Assembly (NCBI GenBank): GCA_964604995.1
Contig: CAZSAD010000006.1
Span: 1 to 59,768 of the forward strand
Length of the DNA: 59,768 nt
From: an uncultured Methanosarcinales archaeon
GTDB taxonomy: Archaea; Nanobdellota; Nanobdellia; Woesearchaeales; JABMPP01
Direction: 5' to 3'
Shown: in pieces, positions 51,709-59,768 of the stretch
How the letters are laid out: each line of letters starts with the position of its first letter
Position numbering within the stretch: the stretch's first letter is position 1
Program-made: the position numbers and the translations under genes
The notes under the pieces: model-generated
Told to the model about the DNA's origin: nothing
Database searches by the model: none
What the model saw: only the letters and a program-made list of their open reading frames with translations

Positions 51709-51785
51709 GCGCCTGTAGCCTAGTCTGGAAGGGCGACAGCCTTCTAAGCTGTAGGTCGAGGGTTCAAATCCCTCCAGGCGCGCCA
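51709..51785 (+). tRNA. tRNA-Arg(TCT), CCA encoded
   Basis: Acceptor stem GCGCCTG/CAGGCGC, anticodon arm ACAGC-CTTCTAA-GCTGT, T arm GAGGG-TTCAAAT-CCCTC. Confidence 0.96.
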
Positions 51786-51910
51786 TTTTTATATAAAAAA
51801 TATAGAAATTGATGTTTTTCTAGTGTATTTTTTATAATTCAAATAAAACAGATTAATAATATTAATTGATAAAGCTGAAATAAATAAAGCAATGAATATT
51901 ACAGGATAAA

Positions 51911-52918
51911 ATGATGCTGTCTGAAAATATTGGATGCGATAGTAAAATTGGAAAAGAATTTGCAGAGATTGTAAAAAAACATTCTGAAAAATCGTGGGAT
52001 ATGTATATCGAACCTTTGATTGAAAAACATTGGAAAGATTTGCGCCATGATGAATTTTATGACAAATTTAAAGAATTAAGCATTACGCTTTATGCTGCTT
52101 CAGGTTATTCGATGCTGATTTTTTCTAGACGAAGAAATAAGATTTTCTCTAGTTTTATGAAAGTTGCATATAAATTAAAAACAAGTATTAATGGGATAAT
52201 TTATCTAATAAAGAAATTATTTTCACCAACATTAAAAATTGCCCATAATAAAAACAACAGAAAAATAATTTTAGTATCTGCTTTTATTTCATTGATTGAT
52301 GAGCTTTTCGACAATAGAATGAATGAGATAAGTGTAGAAAAAAGAGTTGAAAAATTAACAAGAATTTTATCTTTTAAACTTTACAAACGAAATGAAAAAA
52401 AGATGGATAACCCTGCAATTTTGTTAAACCAAATTGTTTATGAATTAAGACAAAGTTGTGATGAAAAAAACAAAATAGAGTTTGAGCACGTAATAAAAAT
52501 GTTTATTGATTGTGCAAAAGCGGAAACTAATAGAATTAAAGGTAAAAAAGATCCTGAAAACCTTTGCCATAGAATGAAACCCATTAGAGCATCTGTTAAG
52601 ATATTATGCTTTGCAACTGGAATTAAGATAACAAAACGTGAACAAAATTTTATGATTAATGTTGCCATTCTTGTTCAAATGATTGATGATTGGGTAGACA
52701 GAAAAAAAGATAAACGCAATTGCAAAAATACACCTGTATTAAATGGGATATGGACTAAAAAAATAATAATGAAACAGAACAAGAAATGCACTAATTTGCT
52801 TTTTGAAATACTAAAAGAATCGCATAAAGAGAGTAATATGACAAATATTTTTATTGAATCATTTAATTATCAAATCAGAAATCTTGCAAAGCGTATGGAA
52901 AAAGGAAATGTTGCATAA
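51911..52918 (+). CDS. Class I isoprenoid synthase-fold protein (prenyltransferase/terpene synthase-like)
   Basis: Two Asp-rich motifs, IDELFD and QMIDDWVD..KD, in an all-helical protein. Confidence 0.55.
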   Translation: MMLSENIGCDSKIGKEFAEIVKKHSEKSWDMYIEPLIEKHWKDLRHDEFYDKFKELSITLYAASGYSMLIFSRRRNKIFSSFMKVAYKLKTSINGIIYLIKKLFSPTLKIAHNKNNRKIILVSAFISLIDELFDNRMNEISVEKRVEKLTRILSFKLYKRNEKKMDNPAILLNQIVYELRQSCDEKNKIEFEHVIKMFIDCAKAETNRIKGKKDPENLCHRMKPIRASVKILCFATGIKITKREQNFMINVAILVQMIDDWVDRKKDKRNCKNTPVLNGIWTKKIIMKQNKKCTNLLFEILKESHKESNMTNIFIESFNYQIRNLAKRMEKGNVA

Positions 52919-52978
52919 CAAAATATAATTTCTCTTTGAATTTTATAAATTAAATATTTATAACCTCTTTAAAAATAA

Positions 52979-54058
52979 CTAGAATTCATTTCTATAATTT
53001 TTATAGACACTGTTAAAATCCTCACGGAAAGAATGAACAACAGCTTTAATCCATTGATCCTCAGACCAATCACCAGGGATTAGTTTTATATTAAATTCTT
53101 TTAAGGCTTCGTCAAGAGCGAGTTTAACATATTCTTCAAATTTAAAGGAATTAACAAATTCAAAATCTGCATTTTTGTGAGAATTTAATAATCCTTCAGC
53201 ATTTAGGTAATACATATATTCATCCATGGTGGAATAAATAAAATCGAACCATTTAAAGTAAAAAGAATCTTCATCTTTAGTTTTCAAATGAGGTTCCATT
53301 TTGGCAAACATCTTTTTTTCGTCATGTGTAAGTTCTTTAATGATATGTTCACATTTTATCAATCCAATGAAAAGATCCTGATGATCGAAAAGAGAAGATT
53401 TTAAATCAGCGATTAGATTAGTATTATTTGTGAAGTTGAAAAAGAGTTTCTGGCTTTTTTCTGATTTTAATTTAGAAAAATAGATTTCTTTTATTGTTTG
53501 GAGTAATTCTTGCGTAGGTATTTTTTCAAGATTATCTTTAACTTTATTTTCAATTTTTAAATCGTATCCTGGAGCAATTTTGTGTGCAACTGCCATTTCA
53601 ATTTGTATTTGTTCTTTTAAGTATTTTAGAAGCTCATTTCTGTCATGAAGAGAATTGGTTAACATCTTAAGTAAATGAACTTCTTTTTTAATCGCATGAA
53701 ATGATTTTTTTAATAATTCATAGACATAACGACTTTTGTTTTCATCATAATTTAACGTTTGCTCTAGACGATGAATTTTTCTTATTTCAAAACGGTGCTC
53801 TATTGATTTTAAATCCTCAAGTATTTTATCTTCAGAATCTTCATCATCTAAAACCAATTTTATTTCTTCTTTTAAAATTTCTTGCAAAGCGACAAGATCT
53901 GGAAAGCTTTGTTTTATTATCCAATCTTTTATAGGAATAGAAATTAAGTATAATAAAAATTCATCAGCTAATTTGTTTTTATTTTTTAACACATCTTTTT
54001 CCAATGATTCTGTTGAACTGAATAAATGCTTTAAATATTGAAATATGACCATATTCAT
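52979..54058 (-). CDS. Hypothetical helical protein
   Basis: 359-aa L/K/E-rich ORF with a TATA box upstream; no motif recognised. Confidence 0.7.
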   Translation of the reverse strand: MNMVIFQYLKHLFSSTESLEKDVLKNKNKLADEFLLYLISIPIKDWIIKQSFPDLVALQEILKEEIKLVLDDEDSEDKILEDLKSIEHRFEIRKIHRLEQTLNYDENKSRYVYELLKKSFHAIKKEVHLLKMLTNSLHDRNELLKYLKEQIQIEMAVAHKIAPGYDLKIENKVKDNLEKIPTQELLQTIKEIYFSKLKSEKSQKLFFNFTNNTNLIADLKSSLFDHQDLFIGLIKCEHIIKELTHDEKKMFAKMEPHLKTKDEDSFYFKWFDFIYSTMDEYMYYLNAEGLLNSHKNADFEFVNSFKFEEYVKLALDEALKEFNIKLIPGDWSEDQWIKAVVHSFREDFNSVYKNYRNEF

Positions 54059-54145
54059 ATTTTTATGAATTGTGTATATATAAATTTTGGTTTAGAACTT
54101 AATTTTCTACAAAGTTTTATAAACCACATTCGATGACAAAGATTT

Positions 54146-54270
54146 GCGGGTATGGCCAAGCGGTAAGGCGACCGCCTGCAGATGCAGGCCATAGGGACTT
54201 GCTATGTCGAGCCGAAAGGCGATGAGAAGCTGATAGCGGTTATTCGGGGGTTCGAATCCCTCTGCCCGCT
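54146..54270 (+). tRNA. tRNA-Cys(GCA) with a ~53-nt intron at 37/38 (54182-54234)
   Basis: Acceptor stem GCGGGTA/TGCCCGC with U73 discriminator; ACCGC-CTGCAG[intron]A-GCGGT; T arm GGGGG-TTCGAAT-CCCTC. Confidence 0.88.
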
Positions 54271-54348
54271 CTTTAATTTATTCTAGAAAAAAAGTTGCTA
54301 AAAGTTAAATATTAGATAATCTATAGTTCCATTAATAAGGTGGTAAGA

Positions 54349-54441
54349 ATGGGATTATGCCCAAGATGTAGTCAATCTGCGGAAATTACATTGGAAGTGA
54401 AAGCCAAAAGAATTTGTAGCAAATGTGGTAATCCATATTAA
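54349..54441 (+). CDS. 30-aa zinc-finger micro-protein
   Basis: MGLCPRCSQSAEITLEVKAKRICSKCGNPY*; SD AAGGTGG. Confidence 0.75.
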   Translation: MGLCPRCSQSAEITLEVKAKRICSKCGNPY

Positions 54442-54452
54442 GGTGAATAAAT

Positions 54453-54566
54453 ATGAGTCTTTGTCCAGCATGTAGAAATTTAGCAGAGACTAGTGATATA
54501 ATTAAATGTGAAACTGAGCCAAGAAAGCAAAAATGTAGTAGATGTGGCACTGAATATTTGGGTTGA
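54453..54566 (+). CDS. 37-aa zinc-finger micro-protein
   Basis: MSLCPACRNLAETSDIIKCETEPRKQKCSRCGTEYLG*; SD AGGTGA. Confidence 0.75.
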   Translation: MSLCPACRNLAETSDIIKCETEPRKQKCSRCGTEYLG

Positions 54567-54571
54567 GGTAT

Positions 54572-54673
54572 ATGGGTTTGTGTCTTGAATGTATAAAAGC
54601 TGGAGAAACCACAGTTGAAAAACTCAGTCAGAAAAAAGTTAGGAGATGTAGTAGGTGTGGTAAAAAATATTAA
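54572..54673 (+). CDS. 33-aa zinc-finger micro-protein
   Basis: MGLCLECIKAGETTVEKLSQKKVRRCSRCGKKY*; SD GAGGT. Confidence 0.75.
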   Translation: MGLCLECIKAGETTVEKLSQKKVRRCSRCGKKY

Positions 54674-55127
54674 ATTTCTCTCAATAAAGGAAGCTTGTAA
54701 CGAAAGCAGAAATATGTATAATCATGAAGTCAACAGATTTCAAAGTATTGAGAATAAAACCACAGCTTTGCTGACATTAAACTCGATATTATGTGCCCTG
54801 CTGGGACTTTATATTATATTTTCGAGCCCTTGGTTTTTATTGCCAATATTATTTTTGTTAGTTTCAATTTTTTACGCATTCAAAGTTTATTACTTAAAAG
54901 AAAGCAAAAGACCTCATATGGAAAATTACGAAGACTTTTACGACTATGCAAAACTTGACAATTACAAATTTTTTGACAAAGTATTACTTAATTATACTAA
55001 AGCTGCAAATGCAGAAAAAGAAATTAACAACGATAAAACCAGTGACTTAAGTTGCGTTATTTTGTTTTCAATATTTGCTTGGATTAGCTTTATATTCTTA
55101 TTTTTCTTAAGTTTAATTTGTTTTTAG
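54615..55127 (+). CDS. 3-TM membrane protein, loosely Pycsar-effector/SLATT-like; start uncertain (possibly ATG 54714)
   Basis: IENKTTALLTLNSIL, a TM hairpin, a soluble loop, then INNDK followed by a final TM. Confidence 0.5.
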   Translation: MKNSVRKKLGDVVGVVKNIKFLSIKEACNESRNMYNHEVNRFQSIENKTTALLTLNSILCALLGLYIIFSSPWFLLPILFLLVSIFYAFKVYYLKESKRPHMENYEDFYDYAKLDNYKFFDKVLLNYTKAANAEKEINNDKTSDLSCVILFSIFAWISFIFLFFLSLICF

Positions 55128-55186
55128 ATTTTTTATAGATGTACCAAAAAAGTAAAGTCAATTCACTTATACAATGAGCAAAATAG

Positions 55187-55603
55187 TTAACCATAGATAA
55201 ATAAGAAAAAAGATGCAAATAACAAAAAGATGTAAGGAATCAACATAACTAATCCTCGAATTCCAAAATTAAAATACCCATAATATAGTAGAACAAAATA
55301 AAATTTTGGTTTTGGATATTTTTCCCAAAAAGATTTTATTTTATTCCAAGATTCTTTATTTATATCAGTTCTATAGTCCACTAGCAACGACCAATATCTA
55401 TCACTTAGGTAATCACGTTTAATGAAAGCTAAGAATAGTCCCAGGTAAAAAATTCCCGATAATATACTAACGACTCTTGGTGATAACTGGATGCTTATCA
55501 TAAAAATGAATATAGTCAATGCAGAAGAGATTAGTAGAGTAATAAAATCAGCTTGTTTATTATAATCATGCTGATATCTTAAAATTTTTTTAGAATCCGT
55601 CAT
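55187..55603 (-). CDS. Hypothetical membrane protein
   Basis: Three hydrophobic segments. Confidence 0.6.
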   Translation of the reverse strand: MTDSKKILRYQHDYNKQADFITLLISSALTIFIFMISIQLSPRVVSILSGIFYLGLFLAFIKRDYLSDRYWSLLVDYRTDINKESWNKIKSFWEKYPKPKFYFVLLYYGYFNFGIRGLVMLIPYIFLLFASFFLFIYG

Positions 55604-55604
55604 T

Positions 55605-55865
55605 TTATTTAATATCTCTTAAGAGAACAATATCATTAAATTCGCTTGTTCTGAGACCTATAACTCCTTCGGATTGTAAATCCCCTAGAAGATTAGGTAT
55701 TTTGTCATCATATCCGTTTATTCCAGCTTTGTGAAATTCGCTATATATACGTTTGTCGGGGCATTCGTCAACCCCTATTTTATGCAATCGTTTTATGATT
55801 TCAATTAATTTCCTTCTCAAAAAATTGTCATTTATTTCATACATATTAGGTATTATGAAGAACAA
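55605..55865 (-). CDS. Small hypothetical protein, possibly winged-helix
   Basis: IPNLLGDLQSEGVI resembles a wHTH recognition helix and wing. Confidence 0.45.
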   Translation of the reverse strand: MFFIIPNMYEINDNFLRRKLIEIIKRLHKIGVDECPDKRIYSEFHKAGINGYDDKIPNLLGDLQSEGVIGLRTSEFNDIVLLRDIK

Positions 55866-55889
55866 TAATATAAATCTTTACATCTTTTT

Positions 55890-56423
55890 TTATTCTGTAA
55901 ACTTACGAGTTTCGTGTAAATAAATTTTTGCAAACACGAATTCGAGCATATTAAATGTGAATAAACCAATCTGAATTAAAATTATAAACATAGCAATTAC
56001 ATCGTTTCTTAATGGCCATAATCTGAAGAGTGTCCACCAATACATAATCCATGTAGCTACGATAAAAAACATAAATTCTGGCATTCTTGTAACCATATCT
56101 AAACCAAGATTTTGCTTTAGGTTTAGTCCAATATTATTAAGGTCATTTACCAGATGAACTTTCGTTTCCCTTGAAGCAAAATCTTTATAGGCAAAATGAT
56201 AGCTTTCCTGGACTATTACTGTCATGGCTGCCAATGAGAGAATTAAGAGGTTAAACCTACCAGGGACAAGATAATAAACATAACCTGCTGATATTATTGG
56301 AAAGAAATAATACAAATAGTTAATTTTTTGGTTTTCCGCCAAACTACCAATTTCAAGCAGGTTCATAGATCTGTATACGCCCGAAAATATATAAAGCTTG
56401 ATGTATTTTCTTGTTTTAGACAT
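55890..56423 (-). CDS. Hypothetical 4-TM membrane protein
   Basis: Four hydrophobic segments; the true start may be the downstream MNLLEIG. Confidence 0.6.
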   Translation of the reverse strand: MSKTRKYIKLYIFSGVYRSMNLLEIGSLAENQKINYLYYFFPIISAGYVYYLVPGRFNLLILSLAAMTVIVQESYHFAYKDFASRETKVHLVNDLNNIGLNLKQNLGLDMVTRMPEFMFFIVATWIMYWWTLFRLWPLRNDVIAMFIILIQIGLFTFNMLEFVFAKIYLHETRKFTE

Positions 56424-56540
56424 TAGTTAATATATGACAAAAGGCGGACATCTTTTACTGATACCTTTAAGCACCCTACCTGCTCTTATTATTTTACAGA
56501 ATAGCCAATCTTTAAAAGATAGTTTGCTATAATATAAACT

Positions 56541-56930
56541 ATGGAAACAAATGATTTTGTTTATGTTGTTGAAACACAAAAGAATTTTGATGAAGCTATT
56601 GTATCAGTTCTGAAATCAATAGAAAAAAAAGAATGGGCTTTGTTTCAGATTTATGACATTAAAGAAAGATTGATTGCCAAAGGCTTTGAGCAAAAACCAT
56701 TGAAAATTATTGAAATATGCTCGGCAAAATATGCAAACAAATTCTTGAACAAAAATAGATTGGTTTCACTTTGTATGCCATGCAAAATCAATGTTTTGGA
56801 AGATGAAGGAAAAATAAAGATTATTGGGATGAAACCAACAATGATGTCTGAGATGTTTCCTGAAATTACTATCGAAGAAGCTTTAGAAGTTGAAAATGAG
56901 CTTAAAGAAATAATTGATAATGCGAGGTAA
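56541..56930 (+). CDS. DUF302 domain protein
   Basis: KNFDEAI..IYDIKERL..IIEICSAKYA..LCMPCKINV. Confidence 0.85.
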   Translation: METNDFVYVVETQKNFDEAIVSVLKSIEKKEWALFQIYDIKERLIAKGFEQKPLKIIEICSAKYANKFLNKNRLVSLCMPCKINVLEDEGKIKIIGMKPTMMSEMFPEITIEEALEVENELKEIIDNAR

Positions 56931-56935
56931 TAAAA

Positions 56936-57253
56936 ATGAAGTTGGGCATAATAATCAGTACAAATGATGCAGAAACTGCTTGGAATGCATATAGGTTGGC
57001 TAATTTTGCTGCGGCGGAAGGCGATGATGTAAAAGTTTTCTTATTGGGCAAAGGAGTAGAATCTGAAGTTGAGCATCCAAAGTATAATGTCAAAGAACAA
57101 GTATCAAAATTTGTTAAGAGCGGCAAAATATATGCCTGCGGAACATGCCTAAAGTCAAGACAAATGGAAAGCAGCGAAACATGCCCAATATCCACCATGA
57201 AAGATTTATATCAAATAATTAAAGAGTCAGATAAGGTAATAAATTTTGGATAA
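56936..57253 (+). CDS. DsrE/DsrF-like protein
   Basis: WNAYRLANFA..VKVFLLGKGVE..ACGTCLKSR..STMKDLY..SDKVINF. Confidence 0.9.
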   Translation: MKLGIIISTNDAETAWNAYRLANFAAAEGDDVKVFLLGKGVESEVEHPKYNVKEQVSKFVKSGKIYACGTCLKSRQMESSETCPISTMKDLYQIIKESDKVINFG

Positions 57254-57667
57254 TTTTTTATTTTCTTACATAGAATTCGTCGACACTTTTAACTACAACA
57301 CCTTAGGCGCTCTACCATTTTTATTTAAAAGCATTGACAAAAAAGTTGTCTTCTGATTTTAGTATTATACCATTTAATTCAAAAATGGATTTAACATATA
57401 CATCGATAAAGTATATAAAAATTATTCTAATAGGAATAATATTGTCACACAAATATAAATAGTAGAATAACTTACCACCTAATATGAAATATTTAAAAAC
57501 TGAATTTGTAGAGGATTATGAAAATTTTGAATTTATCATATTAAGTAGATATATGTTAATGATGATGCGTTAAATTTGCATCTCATTATCTTTTCTTTTG
57601 AGCTAATGCTTCAAATTGGTTTCTTTTTGGGATGCAAAATTTCTGATTAAAACCTACAATAAATATA

Positions 57668-58681
57668 ATGGAGTTGATAAAAATGTCAAAAAACAAAAAA
57701 AACATACCACTTCCCGTACTTAATTTTTTAGCATCTGGTAAAACCCAAGCAGAAATAGAACAAGAAATTCAATATAACCTTATAGAAAAAATTCAGAACA
57801 AATATGAACAAGTAAGTCTTAATTCTATATTCCCGAATAAAAGAATTCTTGAATCTGAGGACATCTCTGTTCCGGAATGGGCATTTAGACCAGATCATTG
57901 GACAACGACTTTGCTACACGGATTAGACGCATCAGACATTCAAGGCAGCGGTCTTGAAGTTGGAGTTGGAACAGGATGCAATATCATTTATTTACTGTCA
58001 GATAATAAGAAAATTGATCAAATTGTCGGAAGTGACATTGATCCAAAAGCTGTAAATTTGTCAATATTCAATGTAAATAACTGTCTTGAAAACCAGCTTG
58101 CCAAACGCTATCATTCTGTGTATGAGTATGGGACAGAAAGTAAAGGAGTCAATCTTCTTGAAAGTGGGATAATCCAAAGACTCAAAAAATTGGATTTTAT
58201 TTTTGCATGTATTCCGCAAGTACCAATCCCAATTGGTCAAGAGATTAATGAAGGAGATAATATTTCACATTATTTTGATCCAATTACATCAAAAGCTCCA
58301 AAAAATATTTCCATATATGGTTTGAATTTAAATTATAATCTTTTATTAGAAGCCAAAGAAAAACTAGAATCTGATGGAAAAATTATTTTAAATCTTTCAG
58401 GCAGGCCAGGAAAAAAAGTTTTAGAAGAATTATTTAAAGAATGTGGGTATAGAAGTGATGTGCTTTATTCAGTTATTGTTCCACAACATTTAGGAACATC
58501 ACTTATTGAATTAACAAAAGCTGAGAAAGAAGGAATACCATTTGAATTTTTTAGTGACTTAGATGGTAAACACCTAATTACTGTTCAAGAAGCAGAACAG
58601 AGAAGATTAAATAATGATGGAGTGTATCATGCAATTTATGTTATTCAAGGAGGATTAATAAATAATGGCAAAAACAAATAG
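57668..58681 (+). CDS. mmtN: Methionine S-methyltransferase (MmtN / plant MMT N-terminal domain-like)
   Basis: FRPDHWTTTL, LEVGVGTG, GSDIDP, ACIPQV, SHY, YGL.L, NLSGRPG, Q..GT, FEFF, YHAIYV. These match, in order, motifs I recall from plant MMT (CIPQ, FGLGL, NMGGRPG, FEFF, SHALSV). Confidence 0.8.
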   Translation: MELIKMSKNKKNIPLPVLNFLASGKTQAEIEQEIQYNLIEKIQNKYEQVSLNSIFPNKRILESEDISVPEWAFRPDHWTTTLLHGLDASDIQGSGLEVGVGTGCNIIYLLSDNKKIDQIVGSDIDPKAVNLSIFNVNNCLENQLAKRYHSVYEYGTESKGVNLLESGIIQRLKKLDFIFACIPQVPIPIGQEINEGDNISHYFDPITSKAPKNISIYGLNLNYNLLLEAKEKLESDGKIILNLSGRPGKKVLEELFKECGYRSDVLYSVIVPQHLGTSLIELTKAEKEGIPFEFFSDLDGKHLITVQEAEQRRLNNDGVYHAIYVIQGGLINNGKNK

Positions 58682-59549
58682 CATCAGAAATCTTCTTGGA
58701 AAAGATAAAATCATTCTTTTAGATGGAGCAATGGGAACAGAACTTCAAAGAAGAGGATTTGAAACAAGAATGCCACTTTGGTCTGCAAATGCGCTTATAG
58801 AATCTCCAAAACTTGTTCAACGAGTTCACGAAGATTATATTAGAGCTGGTGCTGATATAATTACAACAAACACTTTTAGAACCCAAAGATCCGTTTTTGA
58901 CAAGATTGGACTTGGTAATAAAGCTAAATATTATACTGAACTTGCCTGCAATCTTGCTTATCAAGCTGCTACTAAAACAAGAAAGAAGATATTAATTGCT
59001 GGTTCAATGGCACCATTAGAAGATTGTTACTCACCATCTTTAGTTCCAAAAAATAAATTGCTTTATGAAATTCATAAAGAGCATGCAAATGCATTGATAT
59101 ATGGAAAAGTAGATTTTATATTAGTAGAAACTATGAACTGTATAAGAGAAGCAGTAATAATTGCACAGATATTGAAAGAGTTAAAACAAGAGTTTATAAT
59201 TAGTTTTGTTTGTAATGATAAAGGTTTGCTTAGTGGAGAAAGCATCAAATCTGCAGTTGATGCTATTGAATGTTATCACCCCTCTGCTATTTGTTTGAAT
59301 TGTTCATCTGCTAAGATTATTGATGTGCATATCTCAAATCTTCTGAAATGCTCTAAATTTCCCGTTGGTGCATATGCGAATATTGGAGGGATAGCTAATG
59401 AGGAATTAGGTTGGAAATTTTCCAAAAATATTGATTCTAAAAAGTATTTTGACTATGCAAAAAAATGGATTAATGAAGGAATACAATTAATTGGCAGCTG
59501 CTGTGGTAGTGATCCAAGTTATACAAAAGAGTTAAGAAGTTTACTTTAA
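58665..59549 (+). CDS. mmuM: Homocysteine S-methyltransferase (MmuM/HMT family)
   Basis: LLDGAMGTEL, LWSA, HEDYIRAGADIITTNTF, Zn ligands LNC and GSCCG; overlaps the upstream gene by 17 nt. Confidence 0.9.
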   Translation: MAKTNSIRNLLGKDKIILLDGAMGTELQRRGFETRMPLWSANALIESPKLVQRVHEDYIRAGADIITTNTFRTQRSVFDKIGLGNKAKYYTELACNLAYQAATKTRKKILIAGSMAPLEDCYSPSLVPKNKLLYEIHKEHANALIYGKVDFILVETMNCIREAVIIAQILKELKQEFIISFVCNDKGLLSGESIKSAVDAIECYHPSAICLNCSSAKIIDVHISNLLKCSKFPVGAYANIGGIANEELGWKFSKNIDSKKYFDYAKKWINEGIQLIGSCCGSDPSYTKELRSLL

Positions 59550-59768
59550 CCAACTTATAATATTAGTTTCAAATTCATCTAGGTTTTTAGTGTTATCTAA
59601 TAAATAATGTTGATAATGTTCTTCTTTAAGAAAATTGTTTATTCGTTTTGCAAGAAGTGAAGATTCTGTAAATATATTATCACAAAGTAGTATTATTTTT
59701 TCAACTTGATTATTAAACTCTAAAGTGGATTTATTTAGATTTAGAAAGATTACAATATTACTGTGAAG
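59541..59768 (-). CDS. C-terminal fragment of a hypothetical protein entering from the right edge
   Basis: 76 open codons LHSNIVIF...NIISWLK*, convergent with the HMT gene. Confidence 0.55.
   Translation of the reverse strand, partial: LHSNIVIFLNLNKSTLEFNNQVEKIILLCDNIFTESSLLAKRINNFLKEEHYQHYLLDNTKNLDEFETNIISWLK

Noticed and set aside
54182..54234. Hammerhead ribozyme or group I intron in tRNA-Cys
   Set aside because: The CUGANGA...GAAA core is not in the required order, and 53 nt is too short for a group I intron.
56474..56502. attR-like copy of the tRNA-Cys 3' end (CCCTACCTGCTCTT)
   Set aside because: Similarity to 54258-54273 is too weak and no integrase is present.
1..59768. CRISPR array, integrase, transposase, rRNA or provirus
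   Set aside because: No regularly spaced repeats or recognisable motifs were found by eye. The SLT domain sits in a pilin-like protein, not a phage tail context.

Overview
AT-rich archaeal DNA, most likely from a DPANN/Woesearchaeales-type metagenome scaffold. The evidence is archaeal BRE/TATA promoters, GGTGA Shine-Dalgarno sites, an intron-containing tRNA-Cys, a stand-alone TRAM protein, class III signal peptides and three 10-N gaps. The taxon is an inference. A ~43.6-kb minus-strand surface-structure locus (5400-48993) dominates the window. In transcription order it holds an orphan AbiEi-like regulator, a ~7350-aa secreted Ig-repeat protein, a 1149-aa membrane-anchored partner and 19 consecutive genes that each begin with a type IV pilin-like (class III) signal peptide; two of these are 51-aa ORFs missed by the ORF track. 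The pilin-like proteins carry cargo: a lytic transglycosylase plus an M15 Zn-peptidase, a degenerate N-acetylmuramoyl-L-alanine amidase, two glycine-zipper hairpins, defensin-like 6-Cys heads and TPRs. This suggests a pilus-borne apparatus for binding to and breaching bacterial peptidoglycan. The left end holds a WxL/DUF916-like fibre cassette. The right end holds TRAM, thpR, tRNA-Arg preceded by a structured region, tRNA-Cys with an intron, three tandem zinc-finger micro-ORFs, DUF302/DsrE and an MmtN-like Met S-methyltransferase paired with a homocysteine S-methyltransferase. All family calls come from motifs read by eye; no searches were run.
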